Shown in pieces: positions 11,574 through 24,899 of a DNA stretch of 64,000 nucleotides; position 1 is the first letter of the stretch, and every line of letters starts with the position of its first letter. Source of the DNA: Camelus dromedarius (lineage: Eukaryota); contig NC_087437.1 of assembly GCF_036321535.1 (NCBI RefSeq), positions 92,630,001 to 92,694,000 of the forward strand, in the 5' to 3' direction. The notes beneath the pieces are model-generated. The model did not search any database. It was not told where the DNA came from and saw nothing but the letters and a program-made list of their open reading frames with translations. The position numbers and the translations under genes were made by a program.

Positions 11574-12329
11574 AGAAATGATTGCCTTTAGGATCTCAGA
11601 AAAATTTTTTTATACTCTCCTGCTTTTTCCATCTCAGATCCCAGCTGTCTTCTTTCTGGCTCCAATCATTAGGGTGACCAGCAGATTTAGATATACATCA
11701 TTTCTTCTCAACAGCTCAGAACCCAAAGAGAAATTCTCCTTTACCAATATTTTCATCAGTATGGGCAAGAATATCCCATATGGTCATTGGCCATCTCTGG
11801 TAGTGGTAGTGGAGTTAGCTGCATTTAAAACATAGACTATGAAAAGGAGGCAGGATCCTTCTTCAAGAATTATATGGACTTGTTTTACATAAAAGACAAT
11901 GGATATTGAGGAAGCATAAAAAAGACAGCCCCAAATACCAAACCCTAGACTATTAGATGTTTATTTCAAAGAAATAGCATGCCACCTCATATTGTGTTTG
12001 GTCTGTTTATACACCTTTCTCCCTCTCTAGACACATTGAAAGCAGGAAACAAGTCTTAGTTACTTTTTCATTCCTGCTGTCTAGCACATTGAAATTGGTG
12101 AATAAAAGCTAAGTAAATGCTGTACTGTGACGTATTAATCTTTGGGGTAAATGTCTCATATTTAAGTGAAAAGCAATAGAAGTTATTATTATTCAATATG
12201 TTAAATTTAACTTATAGTAACTCCACGAGAACATATTTTTCCGAAGAAAAACCGTAATGTTTTTGCTCCTTGTTAAATGATTGAAGTTACTCAAATTATT
12301 TTAGTAAAGAAAAACGTATTTGGTTAATT

Positions 12330-13603
12330 AAGACAGAGTGGATTTGGTACAAGAATAAACAGAATAGAAGGTCCAGAAACAGATATATAAATAACAGTCA
12401 CCAGATTCAAGACAAAGTTGACACTGTGTTACAATGGAGACAGAATTTTCTCTCTAATAAATGATGTGTGGTCAACTGGACCTCCCTCCCACAAAGCATA
12501 AAAATTAATTTCAGATAGTGTACAGATCTATGTTTGGAAAGTATAAAGTAAAGCATTTAGACAAAAAAAGATCATCTTCAAAGTTTTCTTAAAACACACA
12601 AAAAGCAAATTGTAAAAACAAAACTGGTAAAATTGGACTACATTAAATTGGAGGCTTTCTATTAATTAAAAAGACACTGTTACAAATATAGTAGGACAAC
12701 CCAAAGGGTAGGAGAAGCTATTCACAATACACATATCCACCAAAACATTAATATTTAGTATATATTTTTTAAACTTTATAAATCAGTATGGACTCCTACA
12801 AATTAATTTTTAAGTATAGATAATCCTTCTTACTAATAATATTTCTTATATTTATATGGTCAAATCACTTGGACACTTCACAAAAGAGGCTAACCAGATG
12901 GCCAGTAAACATATGGAATGGTGCTTAAACTCATCAGTCATTAGTGGTACATAATGTCCCAAATGACTAAAATTAAAGAGACAAAAATACCAAGATTGCA
13001 TAGATGTAGAGCCACTGGAATTCTGATACCTAACTGGTGGAAGTCTTAACTGGTACAGCCACATGGAAAATTGCTTGCATCTATTAATACTAAACCTACG
13101 CTTATCATATGACCCAGCAGTTCCACTGCTAGAATTGTATCCTGATGCACCAAGAGACGTGTAAGAGAATGTTTATAGTTGCACTAGTTATAAAAGCCTT
13201 AAATTGGAAAAAAATCTAGACGCCTAATTACAATGGAATTGACAAATAAGTCATGGTATAGTCATACAATGGAAGATGATAGAGCAATGAGAATAAATGA
13301 TATTACAACATGCAACCATGTGGATGAGCCTCCCAAATAGAAATCCGAGCAAAAGAGGCCACACACAAAGACCTCACATGTCTGGTTCCATTTATATAAA
13401 ATATACAGACATGGAGGGAAATCTAATATATGTTGGTAGAAGTCATGACAGTGATTGCCCTGGGGGGAGAGGGGCTGGTTTAGTCACTAGAAGGAGCATA
13501 AGAATGATTTCTGGGATGCTGAAAAAAGATGTATTCAGAAATCCACCAAAGTGTGCACTTATATTTTATGCTACCTATGTTCATTACGCTTTAATCAAAA
13601 AAA
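12330..13603 (+). mobile_element. Old L1M (L1MC/ME-like) ORF2 3' part and 3' UTR
   Basis: agaatagaaggtccagaaacaga...aaattggactacattaaa...ggacacttcacaaaagagg...catatgacccagcagttccactgcta...catgcaaccatgtggatgagcctc. Confidence 0.85.
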
Positions 13604-14765
13604 AGTTAATGGACCTGACACCTCTGGCATATAAGGCATCGTTGAGATGAGACAGTGTAAAAAAATAATAAAAGTGAACAGGAGTCCAGGGAAAATAAGG
13701 AAAGGGTCAAATTCAGAAAAAAATGTACTCTCGTAAATTGAATATGAAGGTCTATAGCTTAGCCACTCAAAAAAAAATATACATTACTTAAAATTAAATC
13801 ACAGATTTCCTTAGATTCTGCTCTACAGCCTCCAACACTGACTTTTAAAAATATTTTTTTCTCAGTGCCTCCTGAGGGCTTTGCACAATAGAATAAACAT
13901 AATTTTGTCATTGACTATATTCTTTTGTCTTTATCACAACAGAATAAACTGCTCCATGATGTCTTGGATGATCATTTAGCATTTCTTTTCAGTTATAATT
14001 ATCTTTATACACAAGGTTTCCTAGAATATTGTTGGTACCTATAAACAAAATTCGGATGTCAGAAACAGCATCTTATTTTAAAAAGTATGTTTGCTTCCTA
14101 ATTGAAAAATTATATTGCTTTTGGCATGAACTGAAAGGAAAAGCCATCAAATGAGATGTAGGTAGTGTTAAATGACTAAGGATTATAAAAAGCTTTTATA
14201 ACCTGGAATCCCAAGTTACACACTAGCTAAGATGCATTCAAGGAATGTGGCACTTTATGGCAAAGTGTGAGAAAAGGGTATTATATTAAAGCAATTTATT
14301 TTCATTTTTTGTTGTTGTTGTTCTGCACTCATCTGTGATAAATGCAGCAAGACAACAGACCACAGGTGGCAGATGGTTATTTAATAGGCAGAAAAGTCAT
14401 AGCTAAACTATCCACTTCTGCAAAATACCTTTAGGTAAAAGAGAAGCCTTATTATCATTGAGACTAACATTAAACTCATTAATAATTACTTTAAGAATGT
14501 GTTTTAGTCATTGCAGAATCTGTTAGCTTTTCTAACATTTTTGCAAAACAGATTTCATAGACTAGTGAAGATAAAATCTGATAATATATACATTTTTAAC
14601 TCAGATATACAGCAAATAAAGCCATGGACCTTAGTTTCTTCACCACGTTTATAATCTGGGATAATAATAACAGCTATTACATAAGCATTTTTAGAGGACA
14701 GGCATTCTGCTAACTATCCGATATGAATTATCACCTTAAAAATTATAAAAAATTCTTCAAGGTCA

Positions 14766-15411
14766 TGTGGTAGATAATATCCAAAAATGGATGCTACCAG
14801 TTCTTTCTCTCCCGGTACAGGCATGCTCCCCTCATGTCAAGAGATGGAGTCTAAATTCCCCTCTTGGTAAACCTGGCTTGGCTTTATAATGTACGTTTGA
14901 CAAATAGAAAGGTGACGAACCAGGCCATAAGAAGCCTTGCAATTTCCATCTGGGTCTTTTAGAACGTGTGCTCTTGGAATCCACTTATTTTCACTCTGAG
15001 AAGCCCATGCCCAGGGCTAGATGCATGAGGATGAAACTTGTGTTGTCATTGTTTTGAAATTCTTAATAAGTTTTTTTTTTTTTTTTTTTTTTTAACAAGA
15101 AGCCCTGTACTTTCATTTTGTGCTGGGTCCTGCAAACAATGGAGTTGGTCTTGCCCAAACCACACAGACAGGCTGAGCTTCCAGACTCAGGATTACCTGT
15201 CAGTCATGTCAGTGAGTCACACTGGACAGTCAGCCCATGTGAACATATAATGGTGGCAGTCCCAGTCAACATCTGACTATAACTGAATTGAGAGACCCCA
15301 GACGAGAATTGTTCAGCTAAGCCGAGTCAACCCCCAGAACCATGAGAAAAATTGTTTTCTAAGCCACTAAGTTTTGGCATGTTTTTTTACCCAGCAAAAG
15401 ATAAGTGAGAC
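14766..15411 (+). mobile_element. MLT1H-like MaLR LTR
   Basis: Starts tgtggtagata...aagagatggagtcta and ends ctaagccactaagttttggcatg...cagcaaaagataagtgagaca. Confidence 0.8.
15012..15153. mobile_element. MER91-like hAT-Tip100 MITE nested in MLT1
   Basis: cagggctag...tgaaattcttaataag(T)n aacaagaagccctgtactttcattttgtgctgggtcctgcaaa...ggtcttg, with 8-bp TSD cccatgcc/cccaaacc. Confidence 0.78.
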
Positions 15412-17276
15412 AGATAGGTATTATTATTAATTTGTATCTTCTTTATTTTAAGCCTATGAAGTAATTACTAATATTATACTCATCTTCGGAAGAAAATTTT
15501 CTAAGACCACATAGCTAAGTGATAGGAAAGCAATGAGTCAAACGCGGGTGTCATCAAAACACATAGCCCAAGTTCTAGATTATTATTCTTATAATAAGCC
15601 TAATCCACAGCAATATTATTTGTTTTTTCCATTTTCAGTGTGATTTTTCCCCCACTTTTGTTCCATTAGAGTAGTTCCCAGATTCCAACTCAAACAATTT
15701 TATATCTATATGCTTCCAAACTATCACTGATGAGATTTCAAGAGTAATGTCTAGGGTTGTACCTTCCAGTACTTCCTCATTTCCTCAAGAAACTTCCAAA
15801 CCATAATAATCATAGACACCTCCGTGTTAATGCTAGCCAATTATGCTAATGGGAGTTCATTACTCATTCCTACTGATGATGTACATTCGACTTTTATGAT
15901 TATGTCCTCTTCTATCCCCTGCAAGGTCATCATTAATTTCTAATTGCTCAAAATTATTTTCCCACACATGCACACCCATGAGGTCTCTGTGATGGGAATT
16001 CATTTCTCAGAAGGGAATTTAAGACCAAGTCTCAGATGTTCAAAAACTGATGAACCAGGTAGTTGGCCTGAATCAGATAATTAAGCTGTAGAAAGTCACC
16101 TGGGAAGGAAAAGGCACATCATTAGGTTCATTTTGCAAAAAAGTAACAATTTCAGGGCTCCTGGGGAAGAAAAGAGGTACCTTAAACATAACATCTTGAA
16201 ATTTTGTTCCAATTTGCCTATGATTCAACTTTTCTGTTTCTGGTATTAATCTAAAGCACTTGAGTGAGACACCCAGTAAACCACTTCTTTATTAAAATTG
16301 CTAATTAACTGTTAGCCTGAAAGTGAACTCTAAATTATTCTTTTGTTTGGGTTTGAATTGTTTCAAATTAAATTGGATGAGTGTTAAGAAAAAAAATTTT
16401 TTTTAGGAAATAATTTCACTTCTAACAATGACTCGAGATAATGTAACTCATGCTTGAAACGTATCTGTATTCAAATACACAGCACAATCCACAAGGCAAA
16501 TGTATATACAATTTTGTAAACAACAACCAGAAATCTGTAATAGTAATTTATATAATAAAAGATAATTTAATTACCTCTTAAGAGGTAAATTAAGAGTAAA
16601 TATTGGCTACCTGTTTATAAAATTAAAATTAACTAATTAATTTTATTATTGACTGACTACTATATTCCAGGCCCCTCAATAACCCTTATTTAATTATTCT
16701 TTTACAGAAAGTAAAATATTTACTCCCTAAATACTTGTAATCCACCTTATTTTCTCCTCACACGAACATACATTTTAAAGTAAAAGAACATAGTAGCATC
16801 TCATTTCTCTGATATAATTTCATCCTGTGATCTCATTAAATGCTATAACTTTAAATATTATATATTTTCAATTAAAACATTAAATTATATTTTCTGTCAC
16901 AGATTTATAAAATAAAGTAAATAAACATATTTTAAACTTTTTTGATAAGAAACTATCTGAGTTAAGTCATTTTTAAATCTTCTAATACAATAGCATATTT
17001 AAAGGTGTAGAAATACATAGCTGATATTTGATAAATGCTTCTGAAATGAATGAATGAATAAAAAACTGAGGTCTGATTATAACTCCATAATTTCTCCAAA
17101 AAACAAAGGAATTTTGAAACTGTTACTCACTTTTCTTCTCTCAGTACTGATTCCTCATCAAAATCAGTGAAATTGAGAGGAGAATGTTCACTAACAGAAA
17201 ACTAAAGAAAATACATTTTTGTGTGTTACATAGGAAATAAAAATATAAATAAGTGAACTAATTTAATTTAATTTTA

Positions 17277-17528
17277 ATTTTTTAATTCCTTCCCACTCCC
17301 TAAAGTGGTAACCATAAGTTTGTTTTCTATGTCTGTGAGTCTGTTTCTGTTTTGAAAATAAGTTCATTTGTCTCATTTTTTTAGATTCCAAATCTAAGTG
17401 ATATCATATGGTATCTTCCTTTCTTTTTCTAGCTTACTTCACTTAGTATGACAATCTCCAGATCCATCCATGTTGCTGTAAATGGCATTATTTTATCCTT
17501 TTTGTGGCTAAGTAATATTCCATTGTGA

Positions 17529-17574
<46 letters not shown>

Positions 17575-19294
17575 CATATATATATCTGAACTTCTTTATC
17601 CTGTCACCTATTGATGGAGATTTAGGTTGTTTCCATGTCTTGTCTGTTGTAAACAGTGCTGCTATTTGAACATTAGGGTGCATGTATTTTTTCCAATTAG
17701 AGTTTCCTCTGGATATATGCCTAGGAGTGGGATTACTGGATCATATAGTAAGTCTGTTTTTAGTTTTTTGAGGAATCTTCATACTGTTTTCCATAATGGC
17801 TTCAGCAAACTACATTCCCACCAATGGTGTAGGAGGGTTCCCTTTCCTCCACACCCTCTCCAGCATTTGTTCTCTGTGGACTTTTTAATGATGGCCATTC
17901 TGACTGGTGTGAGGTGATACCTCATTGTAGTTTTGATTTGCATTTCTCTGATAATTAGTGATATTGAGCATTTTTTCATCTGTCACTTGGCCATTTGTAT
18001 ATCTTCATTGAAGAAATGCTTGTTTAGGTCTTCTGCCCATTTTTGTACTGGGTTTTTGTTTTTTTTGTTGTTGTTGTTGTTATGAAGTTGTATAAGCTGT
18101 TTATATATTCTGGAAATTGAGCCTTTGTCAGTTGCATCATTTGCAAATATTTTCTCCCATTCCATAGGTTGTCTTTTTGTTTTGTTTATAGTTTCCTTTG
18201 CTGTTCAAAAGCTTGTAATTAGGCTCTATTTGTTTATTTTTGCTTTTATTTCTATTGCCTAGGTAGACTGCACTAGAAGAATATTGCTAAGATTTATGTC
18301 AGAAAATGTTTTGCCTGTGTTTTCTTCTAGGAGGTTTATATTATCTTGTCTTATGTTTAAGTCTTTAAGCCATTTTGAGTTTATTTTTGTGTATGGTGTG
18401 AGGGTATATTCTAACTTCACTGATTTACATGCAGCTGTCCAGTTTTCCCAACACCACTTGCTGAAGAGACGGTCTTTACTCCACTGTATGTTCTTGCCTC
18501 CTTTGCGGAAGATTAATTGACCGTGGGTGTCTGGGTTTGTTTCTGGGCTCTCTATTCTGTTCCATTGATCCATGTGTCTGTTTTTGTGCCAGTATCACAC
18601 TTTTTTGATTACTGTAGCTCTGTAGTATTGTTTGAAGTCTTGGGAGGGGGGTGTTATTCCTCCAGCTTCATTCTTTTTCTTCAATATTGCTTTGGCATCT
18701 TTTGTGATTCCATATAAATTTTAGGGTTGTTTGTTCTAGTTCTGTGAAAAATGTCCTGGGTAATTGATAGGGATCACATTAAATCTATAGACTGCTTTGG
18801 GTAGTATGGCCATTTTAACAATATTCATTCTTTCAATCCAAGAGCATGGGATATCTTTCCATTTCTTTAAATTATCTCTAATTTCCTTAATCAATAACTT
18901 CTTATAGTTCTACATGTATAAGTCTTTCACCTCCTTGGTCAGATTTACTCCTAAGTATTTTATTTTTTATGACATTTTAAAAGGGATTTATTTATTTTCT
19001 TTTTCTAATATTTCACTGGTAAATTAAAGAAATGCCACAGATTTCTGTATATTAATCTTGTTCCTGCTACCTTGCTGAATTCGTTTGTCAGCTCTAGTAG
19101 TTTTTGTGTGAAGCCTTTAAGGTTTCTATATACATCTTGTCATCCACATATAGTGACAATTTTACCTCTTCTCCTCCAATTTGGACCCCTTTTATTTCTT
19201 TCTCTTGATTGCTATGGCTAGGACTTCCAAGACTATGTTGAATAAAAATGGTGAGAGTGGGCATTCTTGTCTTGTTCCAGATTTTAGTGGGACC
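17277..19294 (-). mobile_element. 5'-truncated camelid-type L1 (ORF2 3' half, pseudogenised)
   Basis: Minus ORFs [10 protein letters not shown]...[37 protein letters not shown] and [22 protein letters not shown]-like ctaatttaattttaatttt / ctatttaactttaatttt. Confidence 0.95.
17529..17585. repeat. Compound (TC)n(TA)n microsatellite within L1
   Basis: Seen directly. Confidence 0.95.
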
Positions 19295-19723
19295 CTATTT
19301 AACTTTAATTTTACAATAAAGTTCATTGATATATGGATGTGAACTTAATGGAGAACGCTGTATCACTTGTTACTTCATCTCTAGTATCTGACACAGTGAA
19401 CAGCACATATATTTGATCAATTAATATTTGCTGATTATGTAAACAAACAAGTGAGTTTTATTTTATTGTTGTATGATTTTTAAAAAATAATCTAAAATAC
19501 TATTCCAGCTATCAAATTCTGAGGAGTTTTCAGAATGTCATGGTATCTCTGTTCGACTCATAATTTATCACTGATAATTTTTAGCCACTATGTAAGGTAA
19601 TCATTATCAATTATTATTCTTAGAGTAAGTTATTTTAAGTTATTTAAAGTATGGCTTTTAGTAAAAGCAGAACATTTACATGTTTTCCTCTTTTTGTCTT
19701 GCTGGCGTATCACTTTATCCAAT

Positions 19724-20201
19724 TGTATTAATTAGCTATTGCTGCATAACAAATCATCCCAAACTTGGTGATTTCAATTTATAATATTTATTGTCTCTAA
19801 CAGTTTATGCAGGTCAGGAATTCAGAAAGGTATCAGAGTCTCTGTGGCTGCAGTCTGATATTAGTTGGGGCTGCAGTCATCCAAAGTCTTGCCTGGGGCT
19901 GGCAGATTCACTTCTAAAGTATTTTACTCTCAAGACTGCCAAGTTGGTTCCTCTCCATGTGGGCTACTCTGGTGTCTTCTTAACATGGCAACTCGTTTGC
20001 CCCAGAGTGAGCAATGCAAGAGACCAAGGAGGAAATCACAATGCCTCTTATAACCTAGCCTTGAAAGGCATGTGCTACCACTTCTGCAGTATTCTATTAG
20101 CCACCCAGTCAGGTTTGATTCAACTGGTATGAACAGATAGGCATGAATGAATACTCAGAAACAAATATCTTTAGGAGACATCTTGGAGACTGGCCACCAT
20201 A
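19724..20201 (-). mobile_element. MLT1 (F-like) MaLR solo LTR
   Basis: tgtattaattagctattgctgcataacaaatcatcccaaactt...catcttggagactggccaccata, with perfect 5-bp TSD CCAAT at 19719-19723 and 20202-20206. Confidence 0.88.
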
Positions 20202-21159
20202 CCAATTGTATATGTAAAAATATAAAATCAGGTAAGTGTTTAAATTGTTTGATCTATAACCAAAAATGATTTGTCGTTAATCCTTGTGAAAGCTTTTTTG
20301 TCTACATTCTTACATACCTTGACATTTTGGACTTTAAGTCAAATAGTATTAAAAGATATGCCATGAACTTTTAGTTTCACAGTATTGGAATGACAGTCTA
20401 ATCCTGGTCAATGCATCATTTGCAGTTTCTTTATTTTCATTTCTTCTCTCATTGATTTGATTCTAATAAATTTACATTTGACATATACAAAATAATAAAA
20501 CTATAGAATTTTTCTTTGAAATTACTTAAGCATGAATAAGGTCATTTCTTTTTAAAGTACATTACCCAAATTGTTTCCACTTATCCTTTTGAACAGGGGC
20601 AGACTAAGCTCATGGACTAATTTCATAGAAAGAAAAGGCAAATCCAACATAGAGGAGAGGGAAGAAATAGGGAAATGAGACTCTGAAGGAGTCTGAGGTT
20701 AATGAAGCAGCAGAAGGGAAGCTGGAATCTATGCAAGGAACTAATGTGGTTTTAGCACTTTGATGTGGGAGCGCTTTCCCTCAAAGTCTTCTTCTGACTT
20801 ATCCTCAGTTGGCCTCAGCAGTCCCAAATGCAGTGTCTTGAGCCCAGTCTGTGAGAGTAATGGTCATATTTGTGGACTTGTCATTTCAATAATATGTTGA
20901 AATGAACATGCTGCTATGACCCAGTTGTACTTTCTCATCAACATCATCAAATAAAGTGTATTATTCCATGCCATTTGCTATGCTAATGTGCTCTACTTTA
21001 TTCCAAAGACATGGACCACTATTTTCTAAAACAAGTAAGTATTGTTTCGGGGAAGAGTTGTCAAAAGCCACCAGGCCTTCAGAAATTTAATCAGATGAAA
21101 AATGTGACATCAATTTCTATGTTTTAGAACAAAATGTTTGTTCTTGGAGATTCTTTATG

Positions 21160-21360
21160 TTATAATAGAAAAGGCTCAGACTTTGAGGAAAGTATTTGCA
21201 TGGTTCCTTACTCACTAGCTATAGAACCTGCTGGCTACTTATGCTTCCCTTGCCTCATACGTCAAATGGGAATAATACCTACCTCAAAGAATTCTTATAA
21301 AGATTCAGTAGGGCAACAGATATAAAATACCATCTATTAGATACCCATTAAATTTTTGTT
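21160..21360 (+). mobile_element. MIR fragment
   Basis: ctcactagctat...cctcatacgtcaaatgggaataatacctacctca. Confidence 0.65.
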
Positions 21361-22663
21361 CCCTTCTCTCTCTTGCTTTTTATTTGTTCTCAGTGTGAAC
21401 CCTATCTTCTGATAATATCAAATCAATTTGCTGGCAGCCATTATTTTATCCTTCAGTGAAAGCCTTTCCTAAAGTCTACATCCTGAGGATTGCATATTTT
21501 GCTCATAATTTTGCTTTGTATTTGAAAAAGCAAGGCCAGTAGTACTTCCTTATCTGTTATATGTCTAATCCTTTTCATGATGTATTTAAAAATTTTTATC
21601 ATCATTCTTCAGATAATCCTTAATATAAGTTTTAATAACTTGTCAAAAAATTTTTGTCCTGTTAATTATTTATTGACCATCCCTGGAGTTGCTTGTTTAT
21701 TTTACATGAAGTAATATTGAAATTTATGTGATAAAACTGTCATTAATATTTTCATTTTCAATTTCTTTACCCTTCCCCTTAAGTAAAAAAAAAAAAATCA
21801 ATATAGTATAAGTGTAATGTAGTACAAGAAGAAAAAAAAATTCTGTTAATTTAGGTCTTTAATCTCTTTGCACTTACTACTCCCATTTCTGAAACTATTT
21901 TTCAATGATTATATTATTCATTATTTGCATGCCTTAATAAATATCTAAAACATAATTACTTCCCTCCTTGCTCTATAAACCTCCAAATTCAAAACTGAGA
22001 CTCTTTTTCTGATCTATTGTTAGGCACATGTGCATAAAATATCATTATAAATTTATTTTTCCAATTTCTGGTTACTGTTTTACTCCTCCAGTTTTCATCA
22101 ATGGAGTTTTAATGTGAAAAATGTGGATATGAACGTACAAGTACCACTACATTATTTTCTATGTGAGAATATGATGAACCCACCCACACTTTCCTAACGT
22201 GTTATATATATCAGATATAAACATGTTTCTCATGGTAAAACAGCTCACAAGGGTAATTCTCTGAAAGTGCAAGATGTTTTTAAAATTCTTATACTCATTA
22301 TAGATCTAATATTTTTCCTATCATAATGGTCTTTTAAAAAATTTTCTACCAATTGACATTTGAAAATCCTGTAGCAGCATTTTGATTTCACTTAAATTTA
22401 AATAATGGATCACAAATCAAATTTTTTATTTTTTGATAGGGAAAAATAAAATAAGTTCATTAATTTTCTTCACCACTTCCTTATTTAAAACATCCTGCAC
22501 TGTTTACTAATTCTAGGTAGATGACCTAATACGGAAAATAAAACCCACGTTAGGAAAACCGTGCACCAATTTTGGTTAGTAATAATGCCATTTATTTACT
22601 AAAACTCAACCTCAATAGCAAAATATTAGAAATATTTATATTTTACAATAATTGCAGAAGTCA

Positions 22664-23116
22664 TACTGTGGATTGAATTCTGTCCTCCCCAAAAGATATG
22701 TTGAAGTCGTAATTGCCAGTAACTCAGAATGTGACCTTATTTGAGAAAAAGATCTTTGTAGGTGTAATCCAGTTAAGATGAGTTCATTTAGGTGGACCCT
22801 AACCCAAAATGACATATGTCCTTATAAAAAAAAAAGCAGGGCTGGGGGGATTTGTACAGATATGTACAGAGGAAAATCAATGCAAAAAGATGTAAGAAGA
22901 ATGCCATGTGAAAGTGGAGTTATACTTCCACAAGCCAAGGAGTGTCTGGGGCAGAAGCTAAAAGTGATAAAGAACGATCCTTTCCCTACAGTTTTCAGAG
23001 GAAGCAAGCTTCTTCCAACACACTGATTTCCACCTTTCAGCTTCCAGAACAGTGAGAGAATTCATTTCTGTTGTTCTAAGCCATCCAGTTTTTGGCAGCC
23101 CTTGGAAATGTAAAGC
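22664..23116 (+). mobile_element. MLT1C-like MaLR LTR
   Basis: tgtggattgaattctgtcctccccaaaagatatgttgaagtc...cagaatgtgaccttatttg...cacaagccaagga...ttctgttgttctaagccatccagttt. Confidence 0.88.
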
Positions 23117-23214
23117 TAATAGCTACTTTAATTCACCTGATATAAATTACATGGACTATTACTGCATAAATAGAGCTTTGTAGGATTTATTTTAAAAATG
23201 AATCATTTCTTTAC

Positions 23215-23480
23215 CATTTATTATCATTGATTATTTTGGTAACATAGTAAAGGAGTATGTTTTGGACATGTCTATGTATCTAGCCCTATTATAAGTGCTT
23301 TACTTGTATTAATTCATTTAATCCTCTACAGCTATCCTTTGAAACAGTTATTACCACTATAATCCTTATTTTGAGGGACAGAGAAGTGAGATAATTCCTA
23401 GATTATATATCCCTATTATATGAGAGAATCAGTTCAAATCCACAAAGTCAATACACAGAGTCCATGTTCTCAATCACTAT
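23215..23480 (-). mobile_element. MIR fragment
   Basis: taagtgctttacttgtattaattcatttaatcctctaca is antisense MIR. Confidence 0.6.
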
Positions 23481-23879
23481 ATGAGATTATCTTCAAACAG
23501 TCTATCCCCTCTGACTTTATCTTCACCAATGAATGTTTCACTTTGTCAACCTTCAAAAACATAACTGTTGTCACTTTATTCAAATACTCAAAATGCTCCT
23601 TGCTCTACCATTATATACAAGAAGATTGCCAGACTCAATGGCATGACACATGGCATTCACAGGGCCCCATAACTAGCATCAACTTACATTTCAAAACAAA
23701 CCTCTAGTCACATATGTACACAGACATTTGAAGAAAGGAAATTGCATAAGTGATATTAGAGAACCATGAGGGAAGGTAAAAATGTCCGATCGTAGATTCA
23801 GTACAGGAAACACAGTTGATAATGAGTGCTTCCTATAAGACATCAGATCAGGGTAAGACACACTAGGATGCAAATCTTG

Positions 23880-24392
23880 ACTTGGGTCCTACTAACCCAT
23901 CTAGTCTGATTTCCTCCTATTATTGCTTTTTCACAGCACACACAGCACACACTTCTGCAATTTTAGAATGATCATGTTCTCTCTTACATCCTGACATTTA
24001 TACTTGCTGCTTACCCCTGCCCTCATGCCTTTTTTCTCCCTAACATCATCCTCACTTCCCTACCTCCACCCTCCCATCACACCACTTTCATGGATAGTTC
24101 CTCCTGGAACTATATGATTCAGTTTCTTTATCTCTTGCCCTGATAAGCCTTCTCTGATTTGTCTCCCATCACCTGGCCAGTCCAGAACATGTACTCCACC
24201 TGCATGCTTTCTTTAACCTTTAGCATTTCATTGCATACTTTTGTAATAGTCAGGTGGCTTGTCTGTATCTCCATTCTAAACTACTTGAAATAGGACCTTC
24301 ACATTAGTCTTTGGATTGCCCAGGGCACACACAATGACTGAAATTAAACAGCAACTCAATATGTGTTTGATGAATAAATGAGTGAATGAATG
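23880..24392 (+). mobile_element. L2 3' end
   Basis: Pyrimidine-rich L2 3' region ending gcaactcaatatgtgtttgatgaataaatgagtgaatgaatga. Confidence 0.7.
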
Positions 24393-24899
24393 ATTTAAAG
24401 AAATCTGAAACCTAGAAAAACCTGTGAGTATATGATGAAGAATAAGCAGAGGAAAATGTCAGGCCTATGGAAAGACCCTAAAGCCATAGCTGCTGTGGTT
24501 CTGGAGCTCTGGAATCAGTGAATAATGATCCACACTGAGATGAACCTACCAACCACGTACCCAAAGGCAGGGACAGGATCATTTGGTGGGGAGTAAAGGA
24601 TTGGGCACATTGCATAGGACAAAGCAGATTTTTATCCAGACTGACTAGCTGGGAGGAAAGATGAGAAAGTCAGCTGATAAGAATGGATCATAGTAGGGTC
24701 AGAATCTAAGTGGACAGTAAGCAAGAAGAGAAATGCAGGCAGTAAAGGTCAGGTGATACAGAAGGTAATTTCATAGGCAAATGAATTACAAATAGAAAAT
24801 TGCCACATCAAAAGATTATACAATCTTTGCTCAGGGAACTATTTAGGCCAGAGAATGAAGAGCCAGAGAATCAACGGATAAAAATGTATGGAGTCGTTA

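Larger units (their letters stand above)
14660..15570 (-). mobile_element. MIR split in two by the MLT1 insertion
   Basis: ataataataacagctattac...caggcattctgcta lies left of the LTR and gataggtattattatt...ctaagaccacatagctaagtg lies right of it. Confidence 0.55.

Noticed and set aside
16571..16588. Perfect 18-bp palindrome TTACCTCTTAAGAGGTAA
   Set aside because: One 9-bp-arm palindrome in 64 kb of AT-rich DNA is roughly expected by chance, and there is no supporting context.
17429..18573. ORFs with clear protein similarity (also 34114-35747)
   Set aside because: They are frameshifted fragments of L1 ORF2, not host genes.
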